In this document: piece after piece, positions 12,453 to 24,709 of the stretch
How positions within the stretch are numbered: the stretch's first letter is position 1
Layout of the letters: every line of letters starts with the position of its first letter
Origin: Eledone cirrhosa
Taxonomy: Eukaryota
DNA: 64,000 bases
Direction of reading: 5' to 3'
Assembly: GCA_964016885.1 (NCBI GenBank)
Contig: OZ024742.1
Span: 296,360,001-296,424,000, forward strand
The notes under the pieces: model-generated
What the model was told of the DNA's origin: nothing
What the model saw: only the letters and a program-made list of their open reading frames with translations
Database searches by the model: none
Program-made: the position numbers and the translations under genes

Positions 12453-13203
12453 TCATCATCATCAATGTTTTACGTCCATTATTCCATACTAGCATGGGTT
12501 ACACGGGTTGTCCTGTTGCGGGTAGTGCCAGGTCGAGTGACATTGTCTTGCTCATATGGGAACTGATTTGGCTTGATATCTACAGCTGGATGCCCATCCT
12601 AAAACCAACCTTATTTACAGTGAGTGCTGGGTGCCTTTTTGCGTGACACCGCCACGATTACTTTGCAGTTAGAGGGGATGGGGGCATATTGTCTATATGC
12701 TTCAGCGTCGGCTTGTTCTTGCGGGAAGTCGGGTCTTCACTATTACTGCATGACGCCAGAGGTCATGGTCCTGAGTTATTGCCTTTGAGAGGTGCAATTG
12801 GGCAAGGTCAGCTTTTATCACCTCATCTTAGGTCTTCTTGGGTCTCCCCACTTTATGGCTTCTATCGACATTTAGTGCTCTGCACCTTTTTATGCAGCTG
12901 TCATCCTTCATCCGCATCACATATCCATACCAACACAACCTCCTCTCCTGCACACAGCATTTGATTTCTCTTATGCTCAGTCTCTCTCTCAGTTCGTTTA
13001 TGCTTTGCTGTTTGCGTATACTACTCTTACACATCCATCGGAGCATGCAAGCTTCGTTTCTCTCTAATCTACGCAAGTCTTCTACACACAAGGTCTCACT
13101 ACCATGTAACATTGCTGTTCGTATACATGCATCATAGTCTGCCTTTCATTTTGAAGGAAAAGCCTTTTGTAGTTAGCAGTGGCAGTAGCTCCCTGAACTT
13201 CTT
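12453..13203 (-). mobile_element. RTE-clade LINE 3' fragment with (GAT)n tail
   Basis: MLHGSET..EDLRRLERNEACMLRWMC...GRPKKT; 3' end aacccatgctag..ggacgtaaaac(gat)n. Confidence 0.88.
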
Positions 13204-13208
13204 ATATG

Positions 13209-13249
<41 letters not shown>

Positions 13250-13344
13250 TCTGTATTTATACACTCTGTATTTATACAGATATAACTTTACCATAGACTT
13301 CGGATGCTAGCACAATTCTTCATATATATATATATATATATAAA

Positions 13345-13624
13345 AAGTCTAAAGTCTCGCTTAAGCCAGAAGGCTCATTTGCCCGGTGCTTATCCCAGTT
13401 TCATGGTGTGAAGTGACTGAGAGTAAAAGACTCCGCCAGGACAGGACGCCAGTCCATCACAGGGTTAAACTTCCAGCTATTGTTGGTACTCATTTTCAGC
13501 TTAGTATACAGGAGCAACGTGAAATGAAATGTTTTTCTCAAGAACACAACACACAAACCAGGAATCGAACCCACGACATTATGATCGTAAATCCAACACC
13601 CTTATCACTAGGCCACGTGCCTCC
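13345..13624 (-). mobile_element. tRNA-derived SINE related to family 1 with a different 3' part
   Basis: Minus strand head ggaggcacgtggcctagtg...gggttcgattcctgg, then ttcttgagaaaaacatttcatttcacgttgctcc. Confidence 0.7.
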
Positions 13625-13759
13625 ACACACATATATATATATATACATACATATATATATATGCTGTAAAGTGGTGGCGGTGTTAGGAAAGGCATCCAAT
13701 ATATTAATGCCAAAAAACTATGAGCACAACAAATAAGTATATATATATATATATATACA

Positions 13760-13853
13760 TAATGATGGCTGCCCCCTCGTTATCGAGTATGGCCATTGCA
13801 CGAGAAGAAGAAAAAAAAAAATAAATAAAATAAAATAAAATAAAATAAAATAA

Positions 13854-13901
<48 letters not shown>

Positions 13902-13906
13902 AAAAG

Positions 13907-13942
<36 letters not shown>

Positions 13943-15622
13943 ATATATATACATACATACATATATACATACACACATACATACACATACACACACACAT
14001 ATACATACATTAATAACAATAATAATAAAAATAATAATAATAATAGCAATAATAATAATAACGACAACAACAATAATAATATACATATTCATATATATAT
14101 ACACACACACGCACGCACATAAGCATATCTACACACACACACACACACACACGATAACAACTAACAGTGCTGCGATCGAATGTGGCTTTTTAGCCCAGCC
14201 AATGATCTACAATGTCTTGCACAGAGTCGGCAACCAAAACATTCACTTGGAATAGTCGGCTGTGGTTGGAGTTCGTGTACTTTTGCATGTCGCTTGAGCC
14301 CTCCTGCTGATTTACATTCTCTACCACATGTTTGGCAAGCATGATGAGTAGCATCTCCAACAGCAGCCTGGTAGTCAACCACTGGTCTTACTTTATGACT
14401 GCGAAGATGACTTTCGAGTCCAGCTTTGCTTAGGCAGAGTCTCGCACAGACGCTGCATGTCAGCACCATAGGAGGACCCTCGCCGTCTGGAAGTGCAACA
14501 GCAATGCCCGTCCTCACATCCCGCTTTACTTTCTCGTGTGCGATTCGAGATGCCTCAAAGGCAACTTTTCCCTCATATACAGTCTTTCTCCATTTATTAC
14601 GATCAGCAGCAATATTTTCCCATGTATCAGCAGAGATGTTAGCGTCTTTCAGAGAGGCTTTCAAGGAATCCTTATACCTCTTTTTTGGTTTATGTGGCGG
14701 TCGTTTTCCTTTAACCAACTCTCCATAGAATAGTTGTTTTGGTATTCTAGAATCCTTCATCCTGGCAAGGTGACCACTCCAACGGAGTCGTTGCTTAAGC
14801 ACAAGAGCTTCTATACTGTCACACATAGAGCTTTCCAAAATCTCGACATCACTGATGTGGTCCCTCCAGTGAACGCCATGGATCCGTCTGAGACACATCT
14901 GATGGAAACGCTCCAATTGCTTAAGGTGGCGTCGATATGTGACCCAGGTCTCGCAGGCATAAAGAAGACAAGAGAGTACACATGCCCTGTACACCTTTAC
15001 CTTTGTCCTCCTGCATATGTGTCGCCGACCCCAGAGTCGCCTTTCTAGCTTTCCGAAAGCATCACTTGCTTTCCTAATCCTAAGTGAGATTTCACTGTCA
15101 AGGTTGCCGTATCGATTGACAGTGCTTCCCAGGTAGACAAACTGATCAACCACTCCAAGTCGTTTGCCATACACATAGATGTTTGGTTCAGTGTACTGCT
15201 TACTAGGGGCAGGTTGGTACATGACGACGGTTTTCTTGAGACTGACAGTCAAACCCAGGGCAGTGCAAGCGTCAGAAAATGCATTCAAAATGTGCTGCAT
15301 ATCACTCTCTGTGTGCGCTACAAGATCGCAATCATCTGCATACAAGAGGTCTCTTATGACTGATGTAAATACTTTTGTCTTCGCAGCAAAGCGCCTGATG
15401 TTAAATATGCTGCCTGAGGTTCGATATCGGATGTAAACACCATGCTCGCAATTCCTGAATGCAATACAGAAAACCATTGCAAAGTATATGGCAAACAGGG
15501 TCGGTGCTGGAATATCCCCCTGTTTCACTCCATTTTTTTACTGAGATAGGCTCCGACATGTTACCTCCGACATTAACCCAAGCCTTCATGTCGTCATGGA
15601 AAGACCTAACTAAAGCAAGGAA
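13760..15622 (-). mobile_element. RTE (BovB-like) LINE, 5'-truncated, with microsatellite-expanded 3' UTR
   Basis: RT from LVRSFHDDMKAWV (frameshift near 15535) to the stop at 14161; terminal stem-loop at 13762-13800. Confidence 0.88.
14161..15528 (-). CDS. RTE reverse transcriptase C-terminal half + three C2H2 zinc fingers (partial ORF2)
   Basis: KQGDIPAPTLF, LLYADD, FVYLGS, RLRWSGHLARM; CSVC..HLRSH, CQTC..HAKVH, CRLC..HIRSQH. Confidence 0.9.
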   Translation of the reverse strand: MKQGDIPAPTLFAIYFAMVFCIAFRNCEHGVYIRYRTSGSIFNIRRFAAKTKVFTSVIRDLLYADDCDLVAHTESDMQHILNAFSDACTALGLTVSLKKTVVMYQPAPSKQYTEPNIYVYGKRLGVVDQFVYLGSTVNRYGNLDSEISLRIRKASDAFGKLERRLWGRRHICRRTKVKVYRACVLSCLLYACETWVTYRRHLKQLERFHQMCLRRIHGVHWRDHISDVEILESSMCDSIEALVLKQRLRWSGHLARMKDSRIPKQLFYGELVKGKRPPHKPKKRYKDSLKASLKDANISADTWENIAADRNKWRKTVYEGKVAFEASRIAHEKVKRDVRTGIAVALPDGEGPPMVLTCSVCARLCLSKAGLESHLRSHKVRPVVDYQAAVGDATHHACQTCGRECKSAGGLKRHAKVHELQPQPTIPSECFGCRLCARHCRSLAGLKSHIRSQHC

Positions 15623-15656
15623 CATACATACATACATACATACATACATACATACA

Positions 15657-15721
<65 letters not shown>

Positions 15722-15723
<2 letters not shown>

Positions 15724-15926
15724 CGAAGGAAATGTGGTAAGGAACCAGGTGGACCATAACGCACCAAAGTACTCAATACTTAGGGTAGTAGAGTGGGTAA
15801 TAGGAACGAGTAGGACCCCGACGACTGAGCTCAAGCCGTTTCGACGGCTAATTCTGGACTAAAATTTTAGTCCAAAATTAGCCGTCGAAACGGCTTGAGC
15901 TCAGCCGTCGGGGTCCTACTCATTCC

Positions 15927-15928
<2 letters not shown>
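15722..15928 (-). mobile_element. Tail + fold-back hairpin element carrying a hammerhead 3' half (copy 1)
   Basis: Hairpin 15801-15928 with 64-nt arms, containing GAAAC-GGC-ttgagctca-GCC-GTC-ggggtcc; ~80-bp tail; (TA)n on both sides. Confidence 0.8.
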
Positions 15929-16008
<80 letters not shown>

Positions 16009-17269
16009 TATCCACGGTAAGTTGTGGGGTCAAGTCTGCATGAATCCCGGAGAACATTAGAACATTAAAAGGAAAACAGAGTCATGATATAAGTTAAAAC
16101 AATGAAATAAAAAATCAAGTCATTAGAAATATACTTCACTGCTTTACGATCGTTTCTAGGTAATGATAACACATCGTAACTATACTTCATTATCGATCTA
16201 TGTAAGGTTAGTTACAAAATATCAGATAAGGAAAATATTTACTTACATGCATATCACCAGCTGTTGTCAAAAGCAATAATAATTTTATTCAAAATTAGTA
16301 GTAAATTAGTAGTAAGTTTAGTTCTATGACCTTATTTGGAGGTAGCAGAAGAACTAACGAAGCAGAATGTTTTTTTCCATATGATGTTAAGATGAAAAAT
16401 AATTCACTTTAGTTGAGGTCATGACCCTTTGGAAGGAATGGTTGAATGGTGTTAATAATAGAATTGCTATAAAAAATCTTTAAGGAAGAAGGGGATTGTC
16501 AAATTGAAGTTGAATGTATATGGTATAGTGAAGTTTAAAAGGAATGTAAAAATTAAATGTTCAGTTGTGTTGTATGGAGTTTTTAGGTGAATATAAATTA
16601 AGGTCATGACTAGGAAAGATAGTATATTAAAAGAGGAAAATTATAATAAGATAATGAAATACAGTAATACAATAATATAATATTGTATATATACGTTAGG
16701 CACAAGGCCAGTGCATTACTGGTACTTTATTTTATCGATCCCGTAAGGATGAAAGGCAAAGTTAACCTTGGCGGGATTTGAACTCAGAATGGCAAGGGCC
16801 GTAACTCCATACGTCAAAGCATGGCGTCCGACCCTCTACCAATACTGCCAATCCACAATGCAACACAATATAGTACGGTGTGGTAAAATGTACTTAGTAT
16901 AATACAGCGTATGATACGCCTTAAAATACTTTCAAGTATGTCTACGTATGAATAATCAAACTCAGATAAATGCATGTTGACATAGTCAAAACGCATAAAT
17001 TTCATAGATCACAAAGTGCATATACCCACATTATCGATAGAGCTATAGTTATATTGATACTCAATTAAAAATATACATACGCATAAATAGATGCAAACAT
17101 ATACATACATCTACACATGTGCACACAATCATATACACATAAATTTATATATATATGTTTACATATACACACATATACACACACATATATATGTATGCAC
17201 ACACACATACATGTACACACACACATATAAACACTCATACACATATACACACATATACACAACACACAT

Positions 17270-17305
<36 letters not shown>

Positions 17306-17508
17306 TCACATATCATACATAGATACATATTTACTCATGCAATTAAGGGTGGTTGTGTACCTTGTTGCCCTTACTCATTAACGTATAAATCTAAGGAAGC
17401 TAAAAAATTAAAAGGTAAGAAATAAGCATGAATGCGTATAATTAGGGGAAAGGGATACTAACAAATGTTACACTATATAGAATTATAGTAAGTTGCTATT
17501 TAGAATAT

Positions 17509-17850
17509 TTAATTAGGTTTATAGTATTTAAATGTTTTTCGTATATGGTGATTACAAACTATAATCAGTTCCTGTCTTTTATTCAATAAATCGTCCTTAG
17601 ATTTAATAATTTCCAAGATCTCCCATGAACATAACCTGCATTCTCTCCTGTTCCCAAGATATGGAGTTCTTTGTAGAATGGTGTTCCACCATAGCTTGAA
17701 ATCTATTTTTTCCTTTTTATAGTTATTTACTGCTTCAGCTAAAGATGTGGTGTTAGCTAGTTTAGTATTGTTATAACTACTAGAGTGTGCGTAAAATCTG
17801 TTCTCAAATGTGTTTGATGTAGATCCTATATATGTTTTGTTGGAGTCAGT
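17509..17850 (-). pseudogene. Inverted duplicate of the GIY-YIG C-terminal part
   Basis: TDSNKTYIGSTSNTFENRF...FKYYKPN, a few substitutions from the + strand copy. Confidence 0.88.
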
Positions 17851-19031
17851 ACAAACACGAAAAAATACCATTGAAACAAATACCTAATGTGGTTATTCCT
17901 ATTAAACCAAACAACCGAAAAACCACAACAATTATTACTACACGATCGATGACCAATGTGATCAACTCACATATGAATACCAAGTATTCAAAATTTCATA
18001 ATCTACCCAATAATAACACCAAATACAACCACGGTAGTTTACCAAATTCCACAAATACAGATACTAACCATATGAATTCTTCTAGAACACAGCACATTAA
18101 TATAAGTGGTAATAAGAACTTAAGTAAAAACCGCAAAAGAAACATAACATGGTACAACGCACCCTTCAACCTGCAAACTATTGGACAAATCCCCCAAAAA
18201 TTCTTCGAAATTCTACATAAACATTTTCCACCAAACCATAGATACCACCAAATATTTAACAGATATACTGTTAAATTCTCATACTCTACATCAAACAATC
18301 TCCAGCAAAAAATAAGCAACTACAACATTTATAAATTTAAAAATAATATGACCACACCACCACAACATAATTTAAATAGGACTGCACCTTTTAAAAGGAC
18401 AAATAATACAATCCTTCAACCTGGAAAACACAACCACCCAAATCACCAACACAAAAACAACATAACACAAAATCACAATACAACCCTAGCACCAAACCAC
18501 CCACAAAGCAACCTTCATTCTCCCGCTAACATTAATTACAATAAGAATAGCTCAAGGATTAATGAGAATGGTATAGGTACCCCTAACAACCATCTTACGT
18601 ATGGTTGTAATTGCAGAAATAGAAGCATTTGCCCCTTAAATGGCAATTGTTTGATTAATAATGTAATATATAAATGCACTGTATCCACTACTGACTCCAA
18701 CAAAACATATATAGGATCTACATCAAACACATTTAAGAAAAGATTTTACGCACACTCTAGTAATTTTAACAATACTAAACTAGCTAACACCACATCTTTA
18801 GCTGAAGCAGTAAATAACTATAAAAAGAAAAAAATAGATTTCAAGCTATGGTGGAACACCATTCTACTAAGAACTCCATATCTTGGGAACAGGAGAGAAT
18901 GCAGGTTATGTTCATGGGAGATCTTGGAAATTACTAAATCTAAGGACGATTTATTGAATAAAAGACAGGAACTGATTATAGTTTGTAATCACCGTATACG
19001 AAAAACATTTAAATACTATAAACCTAATTAA
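17832..19031 (+). CDS. Partial PLE ORF: post-RT linker + GIY-YIG endonuclease (true start missing; first codons come from the inversion junction)
   Basis: RKRNITWYNAPF..KHFPPNHRYHQIFNRYTVKFSYS; CNCRNRSICPLNGNCL; VIY..TYIGSTSNTFKKRFYAH; CRLCSWE; LLNKRQELIIVCNH. Confidence 0.85.
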   Translation: MFCWSQYKHEKIPLKQIPNVVIPIKPNNRKTTTIITTRSMTNVINSHMNTKYSKFHNLPNNNTKYNHGSLPNSTNTDTNHMNSSRTQHINISGNKNLSKNRKRNITWYNAPFNLQTIGQIPQKFFEILHKHFPPNHRYHQIFNRYTVKFSYSTSNNLQQKISNYNIYKFKNNMTTPPQHNLNRTAPFKRTNNTILQPGKHNHPNHQHKNNITQNHNTTLAPNHPQSNLHSPANINYNKNSSRINENGIGTPNNHLTYGCNCRNRSICPLNGNCLINNVIYKCTVSTTDSNKTYIGSTSNTFKKRFYAHSSNFNNTKLANTTSLAEAVNNYKKKKIDFKLWWNTILLRTPYLGNRRECRLCSWEILEITKSKDDLLNKRQELIIVCNHRIRKTFKYYKPN

Positions 19032-20261
19032 ATATTCTAAATAGCAACTTACTATAATTCTATGTAGCGTAACATTTGTTAGTATCCCTTTCCCCTAATT
19101 ATACGCATTCATGCTTATTTCTTACCTTTTAATTTTTTAGCTTCCTTAGATTTATACGTTAATGAGTAAGGGCAACAAGGTACACAACCACCCTTAATTG
19201 CATGAGTAAATATGTATCTATGTATGATATGTGAATATATATATATATATATATATATGTGTGTATGTGTGTATATGTGTGTATATGTGCATGAGTGTTT
19301 ATATGTGTGTGTACATGTATGTGTGTACATGTATGTGTGTGTATATACATATATATATGTGTGTATAGGTGTGTATATGTAAATTTATATATATATATAA
19401 ATATATGTGTATATGATTGTGTGCACATGTGTAGATGTATGTATATGTTTGCATCTATTTATGCGTATGTATATTTTTAATTGAGTATCAATATAACTAT
19501 AGCTCTATCTATAATGTGGGTATATGCACTTTGTGATCTATGAAATTTATGCGTTTTGACTATGCCAACATGCATTTATCTGAGTTTGATTATTTATACG
19601 TAGACATACTTGAAAGTATTTTAAGGCGTATCATACGCTGTATTATACTAAGTACAATTTACCACACCGTACTATATTGTGTTACTGGCAGTATCGGTAG
19701 AGGGTTGGACAAGCATAGTTACGTCCCTTTACGATCTGAGTTCAATTCCCGCCGAGGTTAACTTTGCCTTTCATCCTTACGGGGTCGATAAAATAAAGTA
19801 CCAGTAATGTACTGTGATAATTGCTGGCCTTGTGCCAAAAGTAGAAACAATAACATTATATTATTGTATTACAGTATTTCATTATCTTATTATAATTTTC
19901 CCCTTTTAATATACTATCTTTCCTAGTCATGACCTTAATTTATATTCACCTAAAAACTCCATACAACACAACTCAACATTTAACTTTTACATTCCTTTTA
20001 AACTTCACTATACCATATACATTCAACTATCAATTTGACAATCCCCTTCTTCCTTATAGATTTTTTATAGCAATTCTATTATTAACACCATTCAACCATT
20101 CCTTTCAAAGGGTCAAGACCTTAATTAAAGTGAATTATTTTTCATCTTAACATCATACGGAAAAAAACAATCTGATTGGTTTGTTCTTCAGCTCCCTCGA
20201 AATAAGGTCATAGAACTAAACTTACTACTAATTTACTACTAATTTTGAATAAAATTATTAT

Positions 20262-20397
20262 TGCTTTTGACAACAGCTGGTGATATGCATGTAAGTAAAT
20301 ATTTTCCTTATCTGATATTTTGTAACTAACCTTACATAGATCGATAACGAAGTATAGTTACGATGTATTATCATCATCTAGAAACGATCGTAAAGCA
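20262..20397 (+). ncRNA. Hammerhead-like motif, U3-A8 core variant with long stem II insert (mirror copy 16140-16275 on minus strand)
   Basis: tgctt TTGACAA cagctggtgata...tatcatcatcta GAAAC gatc GTA aagca; palindromic loop 3 (GATC). Confidence 0.6.
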
Positions 20398-20462
20398 GAG
20401 TGAAGTATATTTCTAATGACTTGATTTTTTTTCTCCATTGTTTTAGCTTATATATATATATA

Positions 20463-20738
<276 letters not shown>

Positions 20739-20989
20739 CAGAGTGAGAGAGAGTTGGAAATTACCACTTTAGACTGATAGCATTGAGAGAACTTTTCAGT
20801 TGTGTGAAATGCACAGCAACCTCTCTAATGTTGGTGTCACAATAAAACACACCCAATACACTTTGTAAAGATATTGGTGATAGGAAGAGCATTCAACTGT
20901 AAAATCTTGCTAAAGGGTCAAGTGGACTTTTCAGTTATAAGCTATATTGTCTCAGGCGGTAGCATCACACTTGGGTATTCTTTTGTTTT

Positions 20990-21480
20990 CATATACTAAG
21001 AAACTAGAATTGAGCACGATGGAGCACATCCAGCAAATAGCTAACCTCATCCAACTGAGTATTAAAGTAACAATAGACTGCCCAACCAAACACCTCAACC
21101 ACAGACTACCTATTTTAGACACAGATAGAAAATAGGAAGAACAAAGTACAAATTCTCTAAGTGGCTGATCCACGAGAATTAGCAGTTTCAGATTGTATAA
21201 AAATTAACATCTTGAAGTGGACTTAGTAAGAGTGATGAAGAACATTCCCCCATGTCCTAAGTAATTAGAGAACCGCATACAACACTTCATCCACTGCATG
21301 CAATTTTTCAGATACAACCAAAGAGACAGGATCAGAGTATACAAAGGAGCCAGGGCAAAATTGAAAAGTATCATAGAAAATGATGTGAATGGAGTATGCC
21401 CCACGTATAGGAGCAGAATAGGGAATAAAGAAAACGGTAGATAAGGGCAACTCATAATATGACAACAAAATCGAAAAAAT
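20990..21480 (+). pseudogene. Degenerate Penelope-like RT fragment (late palm/thumb)
   Basis: TMEHIQQIANLIQLSIKVTIDCPTKHLNHRLPILD ... LVRVMKN ... HFIHCMQFFRYNQRDRIRVYKGA..IIENDVNGVCPTYRS; recalled similarity to PLE RTs. Confidence 0.55.
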
Positions 21481-22466
21481 GATTATCAGAGTTTACAAAA
21501 ATAGAATTACTATTTTTTAAATTAATTCTCTTTTAAATACAATTTTTTAAGCTGCTATAACTACAGCATTACCACCGCATTGGGATCAACAAACTACTAA
21601 TGTCATTTTGTCTTTTAGAAGTTCTTCCAAAACTCCATCCACCAGCCTTTCGTTTAATTGGATAAATCTAAGAAAAGACTGTATTATAAAACTATTTTTT
21701 TCTTAAAATCAATATCAACATAACAAACTGTTATTCCCATTTGTTCTCAATTTGGAGTAGAATGAAGCATGAAGCCAAAATGTTTGGTCTTATGAAAGGT
21801 ACATAGTAATTTGTGGTGAACAGCAGAAGCCATCAGCTGAAAATATTAATTCTACACTATAACAAAAATAAGCATTTCAACACTATTTCTTCTACTAAAG
21901 TAGAGGATCAACATTGTGGGTTTTATGACATAGGAGGCAATGTTTTATAACTGGATGCTGTTCCTGGCATCAACTCGTTTAGTCATTCCGTATGACATGC
22001 AATGAGGATATGGTGTACCTAATCTAAATTTGATACATATAGAGATATAACCTTCATGTTTATCATCCAAATTATGTGGATCAAATAAACAAAAGCATCT
22101 ATCTTCCATATCAGCCACCCTGCTGTAATGATTTTCATGCATAAGGGTGGTATTGCATGATTTTGAGGCCATGTTGCATGATGACTTAAAACAAGCCACC
22201 GGAAAGATGCCTATGAGACAACACAACAACATAGAGACAGGGTAGAAGTGAGTATCTTTTGACTTTGACAGCAAAGTGGGTACATAAACAGTTAACAATA
22301 AAAAGACATATGACTGGAAACAAGACAGAATATGGTGTAGACAAGTTGCGAAAATGGTAGGACCATACAGAGTGAATACAAAAAGATTTTCATCAAAAAA
22401 GAAGAGAGAGAATATGTGCGATATATAGAGAGGGTATCATTATTATTTAACACACATACATATGTA

Positions 22467-22680
22467 CATGAGGAGAAGAAACGGTCCATAATGTGTAGCA
22501 TGTCAGCTTCTGTGTGTGCTAGGAAGTCAGTGTCATTGGCGTAAAGAAGGTCTCTGATCAAAGATTGAAAAGTTTTTGTCTTGGCATTAAACCTTCTTAA
22601 GCTGAAAACCTTTCACATGGTTCTGAACCGTAAAAGAATGCCCCTGTCACAATCATGGAAAGAATGTGTGAGTAAGGCAG
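22467..22680 (-). pseudogene. Short RTE (BovB-like) RT fragment
   Basis: KTKTFQSLIRDLLYANDTDFLAHTEADMLHIMDRF aligns to 14161-ORF KTKVFTSVIRDLLYADDCDLVAHTESDMQHIL. Confidence 0.75.
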
Positions 22681-23190
22681 CAAAGAAGATACATACGTAC
22701 ATACATACATACATACATCATACATACATACATACATAGATACATGCATACATACACACATACATAAATATATACATAAATTCATACAAACAGACACACA
22801 TACATATGTACATACATACATCATACATACATCATACATACATACACACATATATATATATATATATATATACATAAATACATACATACATACATACGTA
22901 CATACATACGTACATACATATGAACATACATACCTAATTATGTATTACTTGCAATGAAAGAACCAATATTTTATGGACAGTGACGATCTCTTTCCCTATT
23001 AATGAGAAATTTTGGAAACATATAAATATATCGAAACACACACAAACATATATACACACACACACACAAACATATAGATATATTTTCCATATATTTTACA
23101 ATATACATTTCTTAGTGAAGGAGCAATTGGGGGACTAGTGAAGAGTTACATCACTGTAGATTCAATGAATTAAATAAAGCTGAATTACAC

Positions 23191-23333
<143 letters not shown>

Positions 23334-23365
23334 TGTGCATGTTTCTGTATGTATGCATGTATATA

Positions 23366-24112
23366 TCTATATATATAAAGTTGTAGTTCCTGTCTGTTTG
23401 TTTGTTCACGAACTCTTCCTATGGTTTTGGAGATAGACCTCCGTAACCATATATATTCTGAAAGTACATTGCCGGCGGCACAAACCTCCCACTGAAAATC
23501 TTTTTCTTCGATTTATATGAAATTTAAACCATAGGTAAACGACAAAATATGGTGCCTATTCACAAAATTTCAGCAAATTCCAATAATATTAAGACACCCT
23601 AATTGGCGGTTAAACCCCCTATAGTGACAATTTTCGAAACCCATAACTTGAGTATTGGAACCTCTATTATCACAAGGTTTTTCTATTAATTAAACGTAAA
23701 TCAACAAAAAAGCACCTCTCATTTATGTTGTTTACCCTGAAGTTCTCCATTAAGACAAAGTATGAAATATATTTTCATGTATTTATCATGTTAAAAAATA
23801 AATAATTAAACTTTGAATTTCTAATTTGAAAATAATGCTTTACACAAAAATGAAATGATCAAGTTTTGAATTGATATTTTGAAAAAAATTATTTACACGA
23901 AACAAAATAAGAATAAGATTTAATAATGTAATTTTGATTTGATATATTACAAAAAATAATGTTTTCCAGTTTTTCATGCATTACATTTTACATTGAGCAA
24001 TATTGAAATGCAGAGTTTTTCTCCATAAACTATATCACTGATTTAAAATCAATCATCATTTTCTTACAAAAAAAATGTGTAAAACGCAGCAAGGCGTGGG
24101 TAATTCGGTTAG
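23366..24112 (+). mobile_element. Non-autonomous Helitron
   Basis: 5' TCTATATATATAAAG..ctgtctgtttgtttgttcacg; 3' acgcagcaaggcgtgggtaattcggTTAG|t (subterminal hairpin, CTAG-like end). Confidence 0.6.
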
Positions 24113-24189
24113 TATAAATATATATATAATAATAGTAATAAATGGAAAATATATCACTATGTTATAATGATATATTTTCCATTTATTGC

Positions 24190-24249
<60 letters not shown>

Positions 24250-24342
24250 AATACTCCAGATAAATTTACTTGTTGAGTGCTTCATATCTGTTATGAACAT
24301 AACTCTGTTGAATACTTATCCAACACACTCTATAACTCATTG

Positions 24343-24621
<279 letters not shown>

Positions 24622-24709
24622 CATCATTATCATCGTCATCGTTTAACGTTCATCTTCCACGCTAGCATGGGTTAGGCGGTTTTGTTACATTTGATTCATG
24701 CATCTAGAC

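Larger units (their letters stand above)
16003..20450. mobile_element. Penelope-like (Naiad-like) element as a head-to-head inverted structure with ~1.76-kb arms
   Basis: 16089-17850 is the reverse complement of 18690-20450. Extra ~85-bp tail at 16003-16088. Each arm has the GIY-YIG C-terminus, a microsatellite, a SINE and a hammerhead-like motif. (TA)n flanks. Confidence 0.9.

Noticed and set aside
18590-19031. Selenocysteine/SECIS recoding reported for some Naiad elements
   Set aside because: All conserved Cys positions in the GIY-YIG ORFs are ordinary Cys codons; no in-frame TGA.
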